Origin: Magnetococcales bacterium
Lineage (GTDB): Bacteria; Pseudomonadota; Alphaproteobacteria; UBA2136
NCBI GenBank assembly: GCA_002689455.1
Contig: NZGE01000033.1
Span: 16,926 to 80,925 of the forward strand
Direction of reading: 5' to 3'
DNA length: 64,000 nucleotides
Shown here: positions 29,745-38,670 of the stretch, piece by piece
Layout of the letters: each line of letters opens with the position of its first letter
Position numbering within the stretch: the first letter of the stretch is position 1
Translations under genes and position numbers: made by a program
The notes under the pieces: model-generated
Told to the model about the DNA's origin: nothing
What the model saw: only the letters and a program-made list of their open reading frames with translations
The model's database searches: none

Positions 29745-30694
29745 CTATCGTCAGTTACACGAATACGTGGAGGAAGCTTACGGTCTGTTGAGCCTGGCCT
29801 TGTACCACACCCAGCACCTTGCCTTGGCATTGGATTGGAATAGTAAAAGAATGGTGTTTCATTCACATCCAAAGCTGAACAACAATAATTATCAGGCAAC
29901 CCTAAAAACCTCATCAGAATAATCATATCTGTTCGGCGCTGTACATCATCTGCTGGGTCCGCACTTAAAACGTAGTTTGCAGAACCTGCAATGGTATCCA
30001 AATCACCCGTCACAGCCGTAGAATAGTTTGCTGTATCAGGGTCAGCCAATGCCGTGTCATCTGTTGGAGGGTAATATATAAATTCTTCTGGGTTTGCAGG
30101 AACACCTGCCACGACTGCTTCGTTAAAGCGCGTTGTGGCATAACTGGCAAGGGCAGATGAAATATCCTTTAACCTCTGCTCCGTCAGCTCATAATTTTTA
30201 ATTTGCTGTTTATAGTTTGTGTATTTCACCATATAATCACCAAATTCAGGTTGCAAGGTTGCATAAGCAGTGACCGTTGTAAGAGAAGCCGGTAAATTAA
30301 CAGCAACACCTGAACTGCCAAGACCTCTTTCAATACCGTGGCCGTAAACAACAGCATAGTCGACAACCACACTCGCCGAACGATATGTCACTGTTTCTGA
30401 AATAACATGGTAAGCACGTGCCTGTTCCCATTGGTCAAATTCAATGGCATTTTCACTCAATGATGCATAAGGAGCCAAGTCACTTACCCATGTTGCAGCA
30501 GGTGGCAATGAATTGTTTTCATCGGCATAGGCCTCTAATGCACGTTTAATTTCAGACATTGCACTTTCTTCCATTGTCTCTTCTTGCATTTGGAAGAATT
30601 GAACAAAGTTTGGGAAAGCCATGACTGTAACAGCGGCTAACACTGCGGTGACAATAATCGCTTCAACAATTGTAAAACCTTTATTCTTAAACAT
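29735..30694 (-). CDS. Large minor pilin / pseudopilin (canonical G|FTIVE signal)
   Basis: 319 aa. N-terminus MFKNKG|FTIVEAIIVTAVLAAV. C-terminal YCC...C...RKLPPRIRVTDDSCG. Confidence 0.65.
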   Translation of the reverse strand: MFKNKGFTIVEAIIVTAVLAAVTVMAFPNFVQFFQMQEETMEESAMSEIKRALEAYADENNSLPPAATWVSDLAPYASLSENAIEFDQWEQARAYHVISETVTYRSASVVVDYAVVYGHGIERGLGSSGVAVNLPASLTTVTAYATLQPEFGDYMVKYTNYKQQIKNYELTEQRLKDISSALASYATTRFNEAVVAGVPANPEEFIYYPPTDDTALADPDTANYSTAVTGDLDTIAGSANYVLSADPADDVQRRTDMIILMRFLGLPDNYCCSALDVNETPFFYYSNPMPRQGAGCGTRPGSTDRKLPPRIRVTDDSCG

Positions 30695-30709
30695 CTCTCT
30701 CCTTCAAAA

Positions 30710-31804
30710 TTACAGGCCGCTAATAATATCGGAACCTTCTAACCTTTTTGCATATTCAATTGTCCACTGGGAAGCCGCATCCTCCGTAATCACAAAATCC
30801 ATACGGTCCAAATAGCCACCACCCGTGCTGCCCACTGTTAAGTCAAGTTGATCAAGCATTCCAGGAATCATTCTGTCATATTCTGCGTCAATCCCCAAAT
30901 ATTCCATCATTTCCGTATTGGTATCTGTGGTGTTTGGGTACATCACAGGAAAACCTGCACGCCCTGTTAAATTACCACCTGTTACGCCAGGCACGTTACA
31001 AGAATCATCTTTCCATGCGTGAATTAAGGCTGTACCGCAACTTGGCGCAGGGTCGTCCCCAATCCAGTTAAAACTTGAATCATAAAAATTCACAACGTCA
31101 TAATAGTCGGTTTGAATGGTTGGGGTGAATAGGTCATATTGTTGTTTATAGTTATCTGAAACAGCTGAAAGCATTTTATCGAATGTTTCTTTTGTGTGGT
31201 TCCACATATCTTGCGCAGTGCTAATGGTTGTGAACACATGTACAATATCATCTTCACCATCAGCGTTTGTTGGTTTTTCAAAGCGACGCATTTGGTTAAA
31301 TGTGTTCCCAGGGTTTGGTGTTCCAAACCTACGGTCTGGCCCTGCACTGTAAAGCATGAAAACAGCAACAGGTGCTTCTACTTCATTGTTATAACCAGGG
31401 GGTGTATCAGGGTCGGAATCGGCATATATAGTAACAGACCTATAATTCATTTCTAAAATATAGGGTACGCCCCACGGGTCAATGAGCAATTGATCATTTG
31501 CGTAAGACACATAGCGCGGAATAAAGTTATCAAGACGTCTTGCATTTGCAGCGCCGATTGTTGCATCAATTGCGTAACGTGTACCAGCAACACCACTACC
31601 TGGTGTAATACCTAATCCAATAAAATCAGGATTATCTCCTAAATAGCCTTTTTTAACGCCGATCTCAATTTCTTGAAAAAGCTCTTGAACAAATTCAATG
31701 CGCTCTATTTTCTTTTGCATGGCTGATGTTGATAACATGGTGGTAATGACAGCAACTGTCGAGTATAAAATGCCAAATAATGCTAATATAAATATGGACT
31801 GCAT
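30710..31804 (-). CDS. Membrane-anchored protein with an N-terminal pilin-like hydrophobic helix but no prepilin cleavage motif
   Basis: 364 aa. MQSIFILALFGILYSTVAVITTML with no Gly-(F/M)-T-x-x-E site. Cys pair near the C-terminus. Confidence 0.4.
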   Translation of the reverse strand: MQSIFILALFGILYSTVAVITTMLSTSAMQKKIERIEFVQELFQEIEIGVKKGYLGDNPDFIGLGITPGSGVAGTRYAIDATIGAANARRLDNFIPRYVSYANDQLLIDPWGVPYILEMNYRSVTIYADSDPDTPPGYNNEVEAPVAVFMLYSAGPDRRFGTPNPGNTFNQMRRFEKPTNADGEDDIVHVFTTISTAQDMWNHTKETFDKMLSAVSDNYKQQYDLFTPTIQTDYYDVVNFYDSSFNWIGDDPAPSCGTALIHAWKDDSCNVPGVTGGNLTGRAGFPVMYPNTTDTNTEMMEYLGIDAEYDRMIPGMLDQLDLTVGSTGGGYLDRMDFVITEDAASQWTIEYAKRLEGSDIISGL

Positions 31805-31847
31805 ATATATCCCCTACGTCAAAACCCTTGTATACTTATGTGGTTGA

Positions 31848-32486
31848 CTAAAAGTTTTGAGTTTTAAACTTAATGACATGCTTTTTACCCTGCTCATCTA
31901 AAAAATGAACGGCACCGTCATCAACCTTTTCCAATTTAAGGCTTAAGTTTTTAACCATTTGAATTTTTTCTTGCACTTGGTTTTCAACCACCTCAGCCAA
32001 GCTTTGGTCAAGTTTCTTTAAACCTTCCACCAGAACAATTAAGTTTTCTTTAGCGGCAACAGGTACGTCTAAAGCAGAGCCTTCCTCATACCATCTATTT
32101 TTAATGAGTGCCGATTTAACACCATCAATTGACATAACAGCGTCTACTTCTAACGTGCTTAAATCTGCATTAAAAATTTCTTCTTTGCTTAAAACAGATC
32201 GAATTTCATTTAAAACATCCGCTGCACGCAGTGCACGCAATTGATCCGCTGAGAGTTCTTTTGGTTTTTCAACACGAACAACACGCTGTTTAACTGGCTT
32301 TGGACGCTCTGTCACTTTAAATGGTGTGTTTTCACCCGCATAAGCAGGCAAACGTTCTAATTTTTTCAAATCTGTTTCAACACGCCATTCCAATTGTTCT
32401 TTAGCGGCATAGCTTTCACGCACAAACAAAATTGAAATGAATGAAAATACAATAAAGGTCAAAGAAATTTTACTTGTGTAAAGCAT
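31848..32486 (-). CDS. Periplasmic or bitopic pilus-assembly accessory protein
   Basis: 212 aa. N-terminal signal or transmembrane segment (ISLTFIVFSFISILFV). The start overlaps the upstream gene by 17 nt. Confidence 0.35.
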   Translation of the reverse strand: MLYTSKISLTFIVFSFISILFVRESYAAKEQLEWRVETDLKKLERLPAYAGENTPFKVTERPKPVKQRVVRVEKPKELSADQLRALRAADVLNEIRSVLSKEEIFNADLSTLEVDAVMSIDGVKSALIKNRWYEEGSALDVPVAAKENLIVLVEGLKKLDQSLAEVVENQVQEKIQMVKNLSLKLEKVDDGAVHFLDEQGKKHVIKFKTQNF

Positions 32487-32970
32487 ATATTTCTCCTTTC
32501 AGTGAAAATTCAACTGAACTGTCATAGTTTACAACACCCACAGCGCGTAACTCCATTGACTTAATCGCAATTTTTTTCGTATTGTAAAAATAATCCAGCT
32601 GATTCATAGCATCTTCATATGGAAGCTTACCAGTGATGGTTAATGTACGAACCGTTAATTCAGCATTACCCACACGTTTTGTAGAAGGGTTACCAAATTC
32701 AATTCCTAAACGGGACTCTTCCAAACCTAAATATCGAAGCAAATCAAGCCTTGTTGAGGAATTTTGATCAATCGTACGGCTATCTAGGTCAGATAAAGAA
32801 GCTGTAATTTGGCTTCCTGAACGGCGTTCAGCCGTTAAACGGTCTACAGCCTTTTCCATTAGATGTGATTTTGTTAATGCATCTTCATATTCACCATGTG
32901 CATACATGGCAGCGCCGATCATCAAAGCAAGTGTTATGAGCCATGCACGTCTAAAACTGGACCTTGTCAT
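32470..32970 (-). CDS. Bitopic inner-membrane assembly protein (GspM/PilO-like)
   Basis: 166 aa. One N-terminal transmembrane segment (AWLITLALMIGAAMYA) and a periplasmic domain. ATGA-coupled to the upstream gene. Confidence 0.4.
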   Translation of the reverse strand: MTRSSFRRAWLITLALMIGAAMYAHGEYEDALTKSHLMEKAVDRLTAERRSGSQITASLSDLDSRTIDQNSSTRLDLLRYLGLEESRLGIEFGNPSTKRVGNAELTVRTLTITGKLPYEDAMNQLDYFYNTKKIAIKSMELRAVGVVNYDSSVEFSLKGEIYALHK

Positions 32971-34079
32971 TTAACCTGAACCCCCAATTTTACAATTCCG
33001 CCTGTACCAACTGGTTTTTCAATATATTTCAACCATGGTGTCGACTCAATCACTGTTTTTGCAATACGCTCCTGGTCAAGCAATAAGCTGCTTTCTGGGA
33101 AGTTAACACGTACATTAATATCCATCACACCACCTGTCACAAAACGAACAGGACCACGACCTCTTTTACCTGAAGATGACGCACCAATCTGAATGGACCG
33201 AACCTCTCCCAATTGAGCAGCAGCAACACCAGCACCATGTAAAAGGGTGGACGGTGGTAATGGCACTGTTTCATCCATAACCCTTAAAACATCCTTCGGG
33301 TTAGTAATATGCCCTAAAACTTTATTCTTTTGCATGATGCGAATCGCATTTTTTAAATCATCGGACTTTGCTTGCAAAGACTGAAACTCTAACTGTGTTG
33401 TCACCCACAAGAAAACAACCCAACCAAGCGCAATAAAGGCACAAAGAGACATTGTTAACATAAGGAAACTTTTATCTTTACGAGAAAATAAAGGTTTAAT
33501 GTTTTTGCGAGGCTTACCTAAAGACTCAAACGTCACAACTTCTTGTTCAAATGGTTCGAGCGATTCTTTATATTGGCTAAGTGCATCTTCGTCGTTATGA
33601 ACCGCAACAACAATTTTTTCTTCTTTACCTTCAAGCATACGCTCAGATATTGAAGAAATAACAGAAGGCAATGCTTCTTCTTCTGATGAACTGATGAGAG
33701 ATGTACCCCAAACTTTATGACCGTCGTCGGTCACAGTTCGCACACCATGAATAACAAATTTACCACCAAAAACGTAATAAAAAGCACCTACATCTTCTTT
33801 CACAAAGTCTTGTGGTAGATACATATTATGTGTTTGGCGTTTTTCATCTAGGTCAAAGGAAATGTTTCCATAAACATAAACATACGGACCATCTTGACGC
33901 CACAGAGCCGGTAAATCATCCGAATCACCATGACGTTCTTTTACACTGGCATCTGTTGGGGCTGTAATATCACCATATTTTTTAATGCGAGAATATTTAG
34001 GTATGAGAATACTGCAGACAGCGCCCTTTTCGCCATCGTTGTAAATAACGCGATCGTCTGAAAACAGTAATAAACTCAC
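32967..34079 (-). CDS. Bitopic inner-membrane assembly protein (GspL/PilM-N/BfpC-like): cytoplasmic domain, one TM, periplasmic domain
   Basis: 370 aa. About 205-aa cytoplasmic N-terminus, a transmembrane segment (FLMLTMSLCAFIALGWVVFLWV), and about 145 aa periplasmic. ATGA overlaps on both sides. Confidence 0.4.
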   Translation of the reverse strand: MSLLLFSDDRVIYNDGEKGAVCSILIPKYSRIKKYGDITAPTDASVKERHGDSDDLPALWRQDGPYVYVYGNISFDLDEKRQTHNMYLPQDFVKEDVGAFYYVFGGKFVIHGVRTVTDDGHKVWGTSLISSSEEEALPSVISSISERMLEGKEEKIVVAVHNDEDALSQYKESLEPFEQEVVTFESLGKPRKNIKPLFSRKDKSFLMLTMSLCAFIALGWVVFLWVTTQLEFQSLQAKSDDLKNAIRIMQKNKVLGHITNPKDVLRVMDETVPLPPSTLLHGAGVAAAQLGEVRSIQIGASSSGKRGRGPVRFVTGGVMDINVRVNFPESSLLLDQERIAKTVIESTPWLKYIEKPVGTGGIVKLGVQVK

Positions 34080-35161
34080 GAGTACTCCATTAAAGCAATC
34101 ATTGGTGCCACTAGGCTTGTGTACATACTAATAATAAAGAATGGTAACAAACCCGCCATTACAACCATCATCAGTAAACTTGTTGCTTTTTTTGTAATAC
34201 GTTCAAATTCACTGGCATATGGTACTTTTAAGTCTTCCACACGCTCGGCAATTTTACCAGTTTTTTCACCTGCCTCTACCGCACTTCTAAAAGATCCTCT
34301 AAAGGGCAGTGCTGCCAATGCATCACCTAGCTTTGCACCGTGGTCGTGCTCATAAGCGGCACGCTTAAGAGATTGGCACACCATTGTATTGTTCAATGAA
34401 AGTGCAAGGGTATTTAAAACGGATGGTAAAGGCATATTAGCACGTACTAATGCAGGCATAAAGTAAACAACCATCACCGCATTATAAGAAAGAATAATAC
34501 GGCGGATAGGCGTAATTCCCATTAATGTTTTCTCAATGTAGAAAGCAACTGTCTTCGTATTTCTTGTAAAGAATATAATAACTGGTGCCATTGCAAATAT
34601 AATTGGAATAATATAATTCGCACGCAGCCAAACAGACCCGTACCAGTAAAAACGAATAATAAGCGGGAACTTTGCAATCACACTATCGTCACGCTGAAGC
34701 ACAGGTTCCATCACAACAGGAAGCATAAAAATCATAACCCCTAAAGACATTAAAATAAGCATGAAACCACCTACAACAGGCATCATCATTTTACCTTTTA
34801 ACGCCTTAGTGGAGCTTTGGCGCATGGTCATCGCTTCCACCAATGAAGGCACTGCTATTCGAAGCTGGTTACTTTGTTCAGCAGCACGCACAATGGAAAT
34901 TTCTTGTTCTGTAAAGCCTAAACCAGTGGCTTTTAAAGCGTCCGCAAACAACACCTGACCCGAGTTGAAGTCACGCACTACACGTTCCATTTTAGCACGT
35001 AAGGTTTTATATTCATCACGTGAATACACATCACATGTGTTGGCAATGGCTTCATTTACAGGAAAGGCGCCACCACCTGATGTAAGCCATGAAGCCAGCG
35101 TACGGAAAAACTCAATACGTGTGGTTAGGTCTAGCTCGGTTATACCAAATTCAATACCCAT
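34076..35161 (-). CDS. Pilus/T2SS inner-membrane platform protein (GspF/PilC/TcpE/BfpE family)
   Basis: 361 aa. About 170-aa cytoplasmic N-domain followed by three transmembrane segments with a large loop. Lies immediately downstream of the ATPase. Confidence 0.65.
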   Translation of the reverse strand: MGIEFGITELDLTTRIEFFRTLASWLTSGGGAFPVNEAIANTCDVYSRDEYKTLRAKMERVVRDFNSGQVLFADALKATGLGFTEQEISIVRAAEQSNQLRIAVPSLVEAMTMRQSSTKALKGKMMMPVVGGFMLILMSLGVMIFMLPVVMEPVLQRDDSVIAKFPLIIRFYWYGSVWLRANYIIPIIFAMAPVIIFFTRNTKTVAFYIEKTLMGITPIRRIILSYNAVMVVYFMPALVRANMPLPSVLNTLALSLNNTMVCQSLKRAAYEHDHGAKLGDALAALPFRGSFRSAVEAGEKTGKIAERVEDLKVPYASEFERITKKATSLLMMVVMAGLLPFFIISMYTSLVAPMIALMEYS

Positions 35162-37827
35162 TAAATATCACCTGACAATTCTTGTACTTTAGCGGCTAGC
35201 TCATGCACATCGGTAATACCGTTTTTCATATGTAATACACCCATATAACCCATCGGCTTCCAACCTGCACGTCTTGCAACGTCCTCTAATTCTGTATAAT
35301 TACGTTCCACAGAAATGTTCACCAACTCTTTATTTGGTGACAACCATTCAGCAATCGCAATACGCCCATGGTAACCCGTGTAGTTACAACTTGCACAGCC
35401 GTTTGGATCATGTGTAAACAGCTTTGAACCTTCGGAGCTTACCTCAAATTTATTGAATACATAGTTTGTATATTCATCAATTTCGCTCACGGGTTGTTTA
35501 CAGTGTGTGCATAAACGACGAATCAACCTTTGTGCTGCAATACCACGCACATACGAAATGTTAAACCCATAAATATCTAATTCATCCAAACGAATAATCG
35601 CATCTAAAGATGTGTTGGTGTGCAATGTACTAAACACAAGGTGACCTGTGTTGGCAGCTTCAAACACCAAACCAGCCATCTCAGCATCACGCACCTCACC
35701 AAACACAATAACATCAGGGTCGGCACGGAGAGATGATTTCAGCAATTGTAAACCACTACGCATCTCATCGGCTTCCGCAATCTCCATCTGTACAGCATAA
35801 CCTGCCACACGTTTCTCAGGTGGATCTTCAATAGTATGTACACTTAAACCACGCCCCATTGGGTTTGCACTCACAATCGCCGAGTGGATACTTTCCGTTT
35901 TACCTGAACCTGTTGGCCCCGTCCAAAGGATAACACCGTTGGATGACTTTGCAGCTTCCCTTACATACTGAATGAAGTACTCAGGGTAACCCAATTGTTC
36001 CATAGCCATCACGTCTGGGTTTAAACGACGAATAACAATTCGCGGTAAAGGCCCTTGACGACCAGCATGTGGCTGAATTTGAATACGCCAGTCATAACCA
36101 CTACGTGTAAACGCACCTTTGTTCGGGTGGTGCAAGTCTACTTTTGGCATACGTGCAATGTTTTCAATACGAATTTTAAGACGTGTGAGCTGGTCAAGGG
36201 TAATAACCTCTTTCGACTGCACAAAACCATCCACACGGTAGCGAACCATCGCTTTAAAGTCACCTTTAATAGAAGGGTCAATGTGAATATCCGAAGAACG
36301 GGCATCAATTGCGTTACCAATAATACGGTCAAGCAGTGCATCCGCTTCCATGTTACTGTCAACGTCTTCATCTTCACCTGAAAGCCAAAAGGCACCACAA
36401 ACATCACGCAGTGCAAAGTGCCATACAAATTTATGGTCTGGTAAATATTCTGAAATTGCAGCTTCAAGAACGAGGTTTTTCGTTGGCGCTTCATGGGCCA
36501 AGTGTAATTCACTCAAACTTTTAGAATCATCTTCTGAAGCAACTTTATGCCAAAGTGGAATAGCACGTGCTTCACGCAGTAACGCACACACACGGCTGTC
36601 AAGTGACTGTCTTAAGCCCATTGCCTCATGCGGAATGTTTAAGAAAGATGTTATTTCTTTACGCTTTTGCGTACGTGCAATAGCTCTAGAAAGTTGTACA
36701 GGTGTAATAATTTTTTGCACAACAAGGTCGCGACAAATAAGCTGTGGTAGCTTTTTAAGTTTTAAGGCCTGACCAACACGCGCTTTTGCTGTTGCATCCA
36801 CACTTAAATCATCCGCCTCATACAAAACACGCAGAACGTTACTGTAAAGGTCGTCTACACCCAAAGAAATTGTTTCTTTAAAGAACTTCGCCTCAAGCTC
36901 ATCTTCTGTCATATTTTGTGCAAAACTACCTGATGAAAGGTCTGGCAGTTCTTCCATTCCCATATCAACGTCATCATCATCTGATGCGATGTCAAGGTCT
37001 AAGCTCTCAAAACCTGCACTACTGGCTTCTACGCTGCCAGTTTCAACTTCCATTTCAGGTGCACTTAATGGTGCTCCAAAATCATCTTCAGCAAGCTCTT
37101 CAACTTCATCCGCCATTTCCAATTCAGGAAGGTCATTCTCGCCCTCATCATCTGCAACTTCAAGCTCTACACTCTCCGCACCAGTATCTTGGTTAGAATT
37201 TTCGGTGGTAGGCTCTGCAGCAACAACTTCTGCGGCTGGTTCAATTTCATCCACATCGACATCCAGGTCAAAGTCTACATCCAAATCAGGTGCAGCTGCT
37301 TCATCTAAAGATGGTACAGGTTCATCTAAAACACTCTCTGATGCCAAATCCACTGGCAATGGGAATGGGTTCGGCGCTTGCTGTTTCACAGGGTCAAATT
37401 TTGGATTTGCAATAATTTGAACCTCTTTTCTTACAGGTTCGGCTGTAGGTTCTTCATCATCGAAGTCCACATTAAAATCGGTATCTGATTCACTTTCATC
37501 ATCTTCTGACAAATCAAAACGAACATCTTCATGTTCAACTTCTAAAGAAGTATCCGCCAAAGCATCGTCATCACCTTCTTCGCCTGCAAAACTGTTATCA
37601 AAGTCGGGTAAATCTAAATCGTCAGATAAAGAGTTTGAATGCGCGCCATATTCTTCTTCTGCAAGTGAAAGCGGTTCATCAACATCTGAACTTTGCTGAG
37701 TGTTATAGGTTTCATCCGTAGACTGATCATCATCTAAATCATCAAAAGAAGTGATGTTTTCATTTTTAACATCACCTTCAGGCTTTTCAACCAATTTCTT
37801 TTCATCTGTTTTTGAGTGATCGCTCAC
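35161..37827 (-). CDS. GspE/PilB-family secretion ATPase with a roughly 300-aa polyacidic N-terminal extension
   Basis: 888 aa. Walker A GPTGSGKT, Asp box, Walker B DPDVIVFGEVRD, His box GHLVFSTLHTN and a tetra-Cys CTHC...CASC. The N-terminal roughly 300 aa is D/E-rich low complexity. Confidence 0.85.
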   Translation of the reverse strand: MSDHSKTDEKKLVEKPEGDVKNENITSFDDLDDDQSTDETYNTQQSSDVDEPLSLAEEEYGAHSNSLSDDLDLPDFDNSFAGEEGDDDALADTSLEVEHEDVRFDLSEDDESESDTDFNVDFDDEEPTAEPVRKEVQIIANPKFDPVKQQAPNPFPLPVDLASESVLDEPVPSLDEAAAPDLDVDFDLDVDVDEIEPAAEVVAAEPTTENSNQDTGAESVELEVADDEGENDLPELEMADEVEELAEDDFGAPLSAPEMEVETGSVEASSAGFESLDLDIASDDDDVDMGMEELPDLSSGSFAQNMTEDELEAKFFKETISLGVDDLYSNVLRVLYEADDLSVDATAKARVGQALKLKKLPQLICRDLVVQKIITPVQLSRAIARTQKRKEITSFLNIPHEAMGLRQSLDSRVCALLREARAIPLWHKVASEDDSKSLSELHLAHEAPTKNLVLEAAISEYLPDHKFVWHFALRDVCGAFWLSGEDEDVDSNMEADALLDRIIGNAIDARSSDIHIDPSIKGDFKAMVRYRVDGFVQSKEVITLDQLTRLKIRIENIARMPKVDLHHPNKGAFTRSGYDWRIQIQPHAGRQGPLPRIVIRRLNPDVMAMEQLGYPEYFIQYVREAAKSSNGVILWTGPTGSGKTESIHSAIVSANPMGRGLSVHTIEDPPEKRVAGYAVQMEIAEADEMRSGLQLLKSSLRADPDVIVFGEVRDAEMAGLVFEAANTGHLVFSTLHTNTSLDAIIRLDELDIYGFNISYVRGIAAQRLIRRLCTHCKQPVSEIDEYTNYVFNKFEVSSEGSKLFTHDPNGCASCNYTGYHGRIAIAEWLSPNKELVNISVERNYTELEDVARRAGWKPMGYMGVLHMKNGITDVHELAAKVQELSGDI

Positions 37828-37938
37828 GTTTCCCCCTCACCTATTTTATTATTGTTAGGCGTTTTGCATTTAAAGTTTTTTAACTTTTTAAAATTCATGT
37901 CAGCTTTGTGACAGGAATTTTAAAATTTTAATAAAGAA

Positions 37939-37978
37939 CCCCCCCACTCCGCAGCAAAAGCGGCGCGGAGGGGTTTTT
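37939..37978. terminator. GC-rich hairpin between the major pilin gene and the ATPase gene (attenuator-like)
   Basis: ccccactccgc-agcaaaag-cggcgcggagggg, with T-runs on both strands. Confidence 0.4.
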
Positions 37979-37990
37979 AAACCAACCTAA

Positions 37991-38599
37991 TTAGTTAAGT
38001 AGGTTTGCACAGTATGTCATATCTTGGATATCTGTTACCAAGTCAGTGTACTGAACACGACCAGCTGATTCATCAATCTCACCATCGATTGTTTCATCAG
38101 CGTTTGTAATTTCAGTTAATGGCACATCTTCCATTGTAATGATTAGGTGTGTTTTACCATCATCACATGTACCTGTCTGTTGTGAAATAACACCACCAGA
38201 ACCAAATTGGTGAGAAACTTGTTCACCGTTTGAAGATACGTCAAAACCAGATAGAAGAGGCTTCCAACGTTCGTTGTACTGGTTTGTACCAGATACAGAA
38301 TCTTGAGCAGCCAATACAGCGATGTAGTGTTCACCTGATGGTGTACCAATTACACCAGCATCATCTACAGCAATGTGAGGCCATACACCTTGACGTGCAT
38401 AGAAACCACCGTTAGATTCTTCAATCTGCTTAAGGTAAGAAGCCAACTTTGTACCAGATGTACGGTTTAGAAGGTCCCAACCCACAGAAGCAATAATCAA
38501 TGTAATCAATACAGCAATTACCGCTACGATCAAGATGGTTTGGTCAATCGTGTAACCAGCCGCCTTTTTCATGTAGTTATTTAAACTTGTTTTTTTCAT
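37991..38599 (-). CDS. Type IVb-like major pilin (15-aa leader, G|YTIDQ)
   Basis: 202 aa. Leader MKKTSLNNYMKKAAG, then a 20-aa hydrophobic helix YTIDQTILIVAVIAVLITLII. C-terminal Cys pair (about 50 aa apart) for a D-region disulfide. Confidence 0.6.
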   Translation of the reverse strand: MKKTSLNNYMKKAAGYTIDQTILIVAVIAVLITLIIASVGWDLLNRTSGTKLASYLKQIEESNGGFYARQGVWPHIAVDDAGVIGTPSGEHYIAVLAAQDSVSGTNQYNERWKPLLSGFDVSSNGEQVSHQFGSGGVISQQTGTCDDGKTHLIITMEDVPLTEITNADETIDGEIDESAGRVQYTDLVTDIQDMTYCANLLN

Positions 38600-38670
38600 T
38601 TTCCTTTTTCTCCCACTAAGTCGAAATTTTATTATTGTTTCTTATGGTTTTCACCATTAACTTTTACCTG

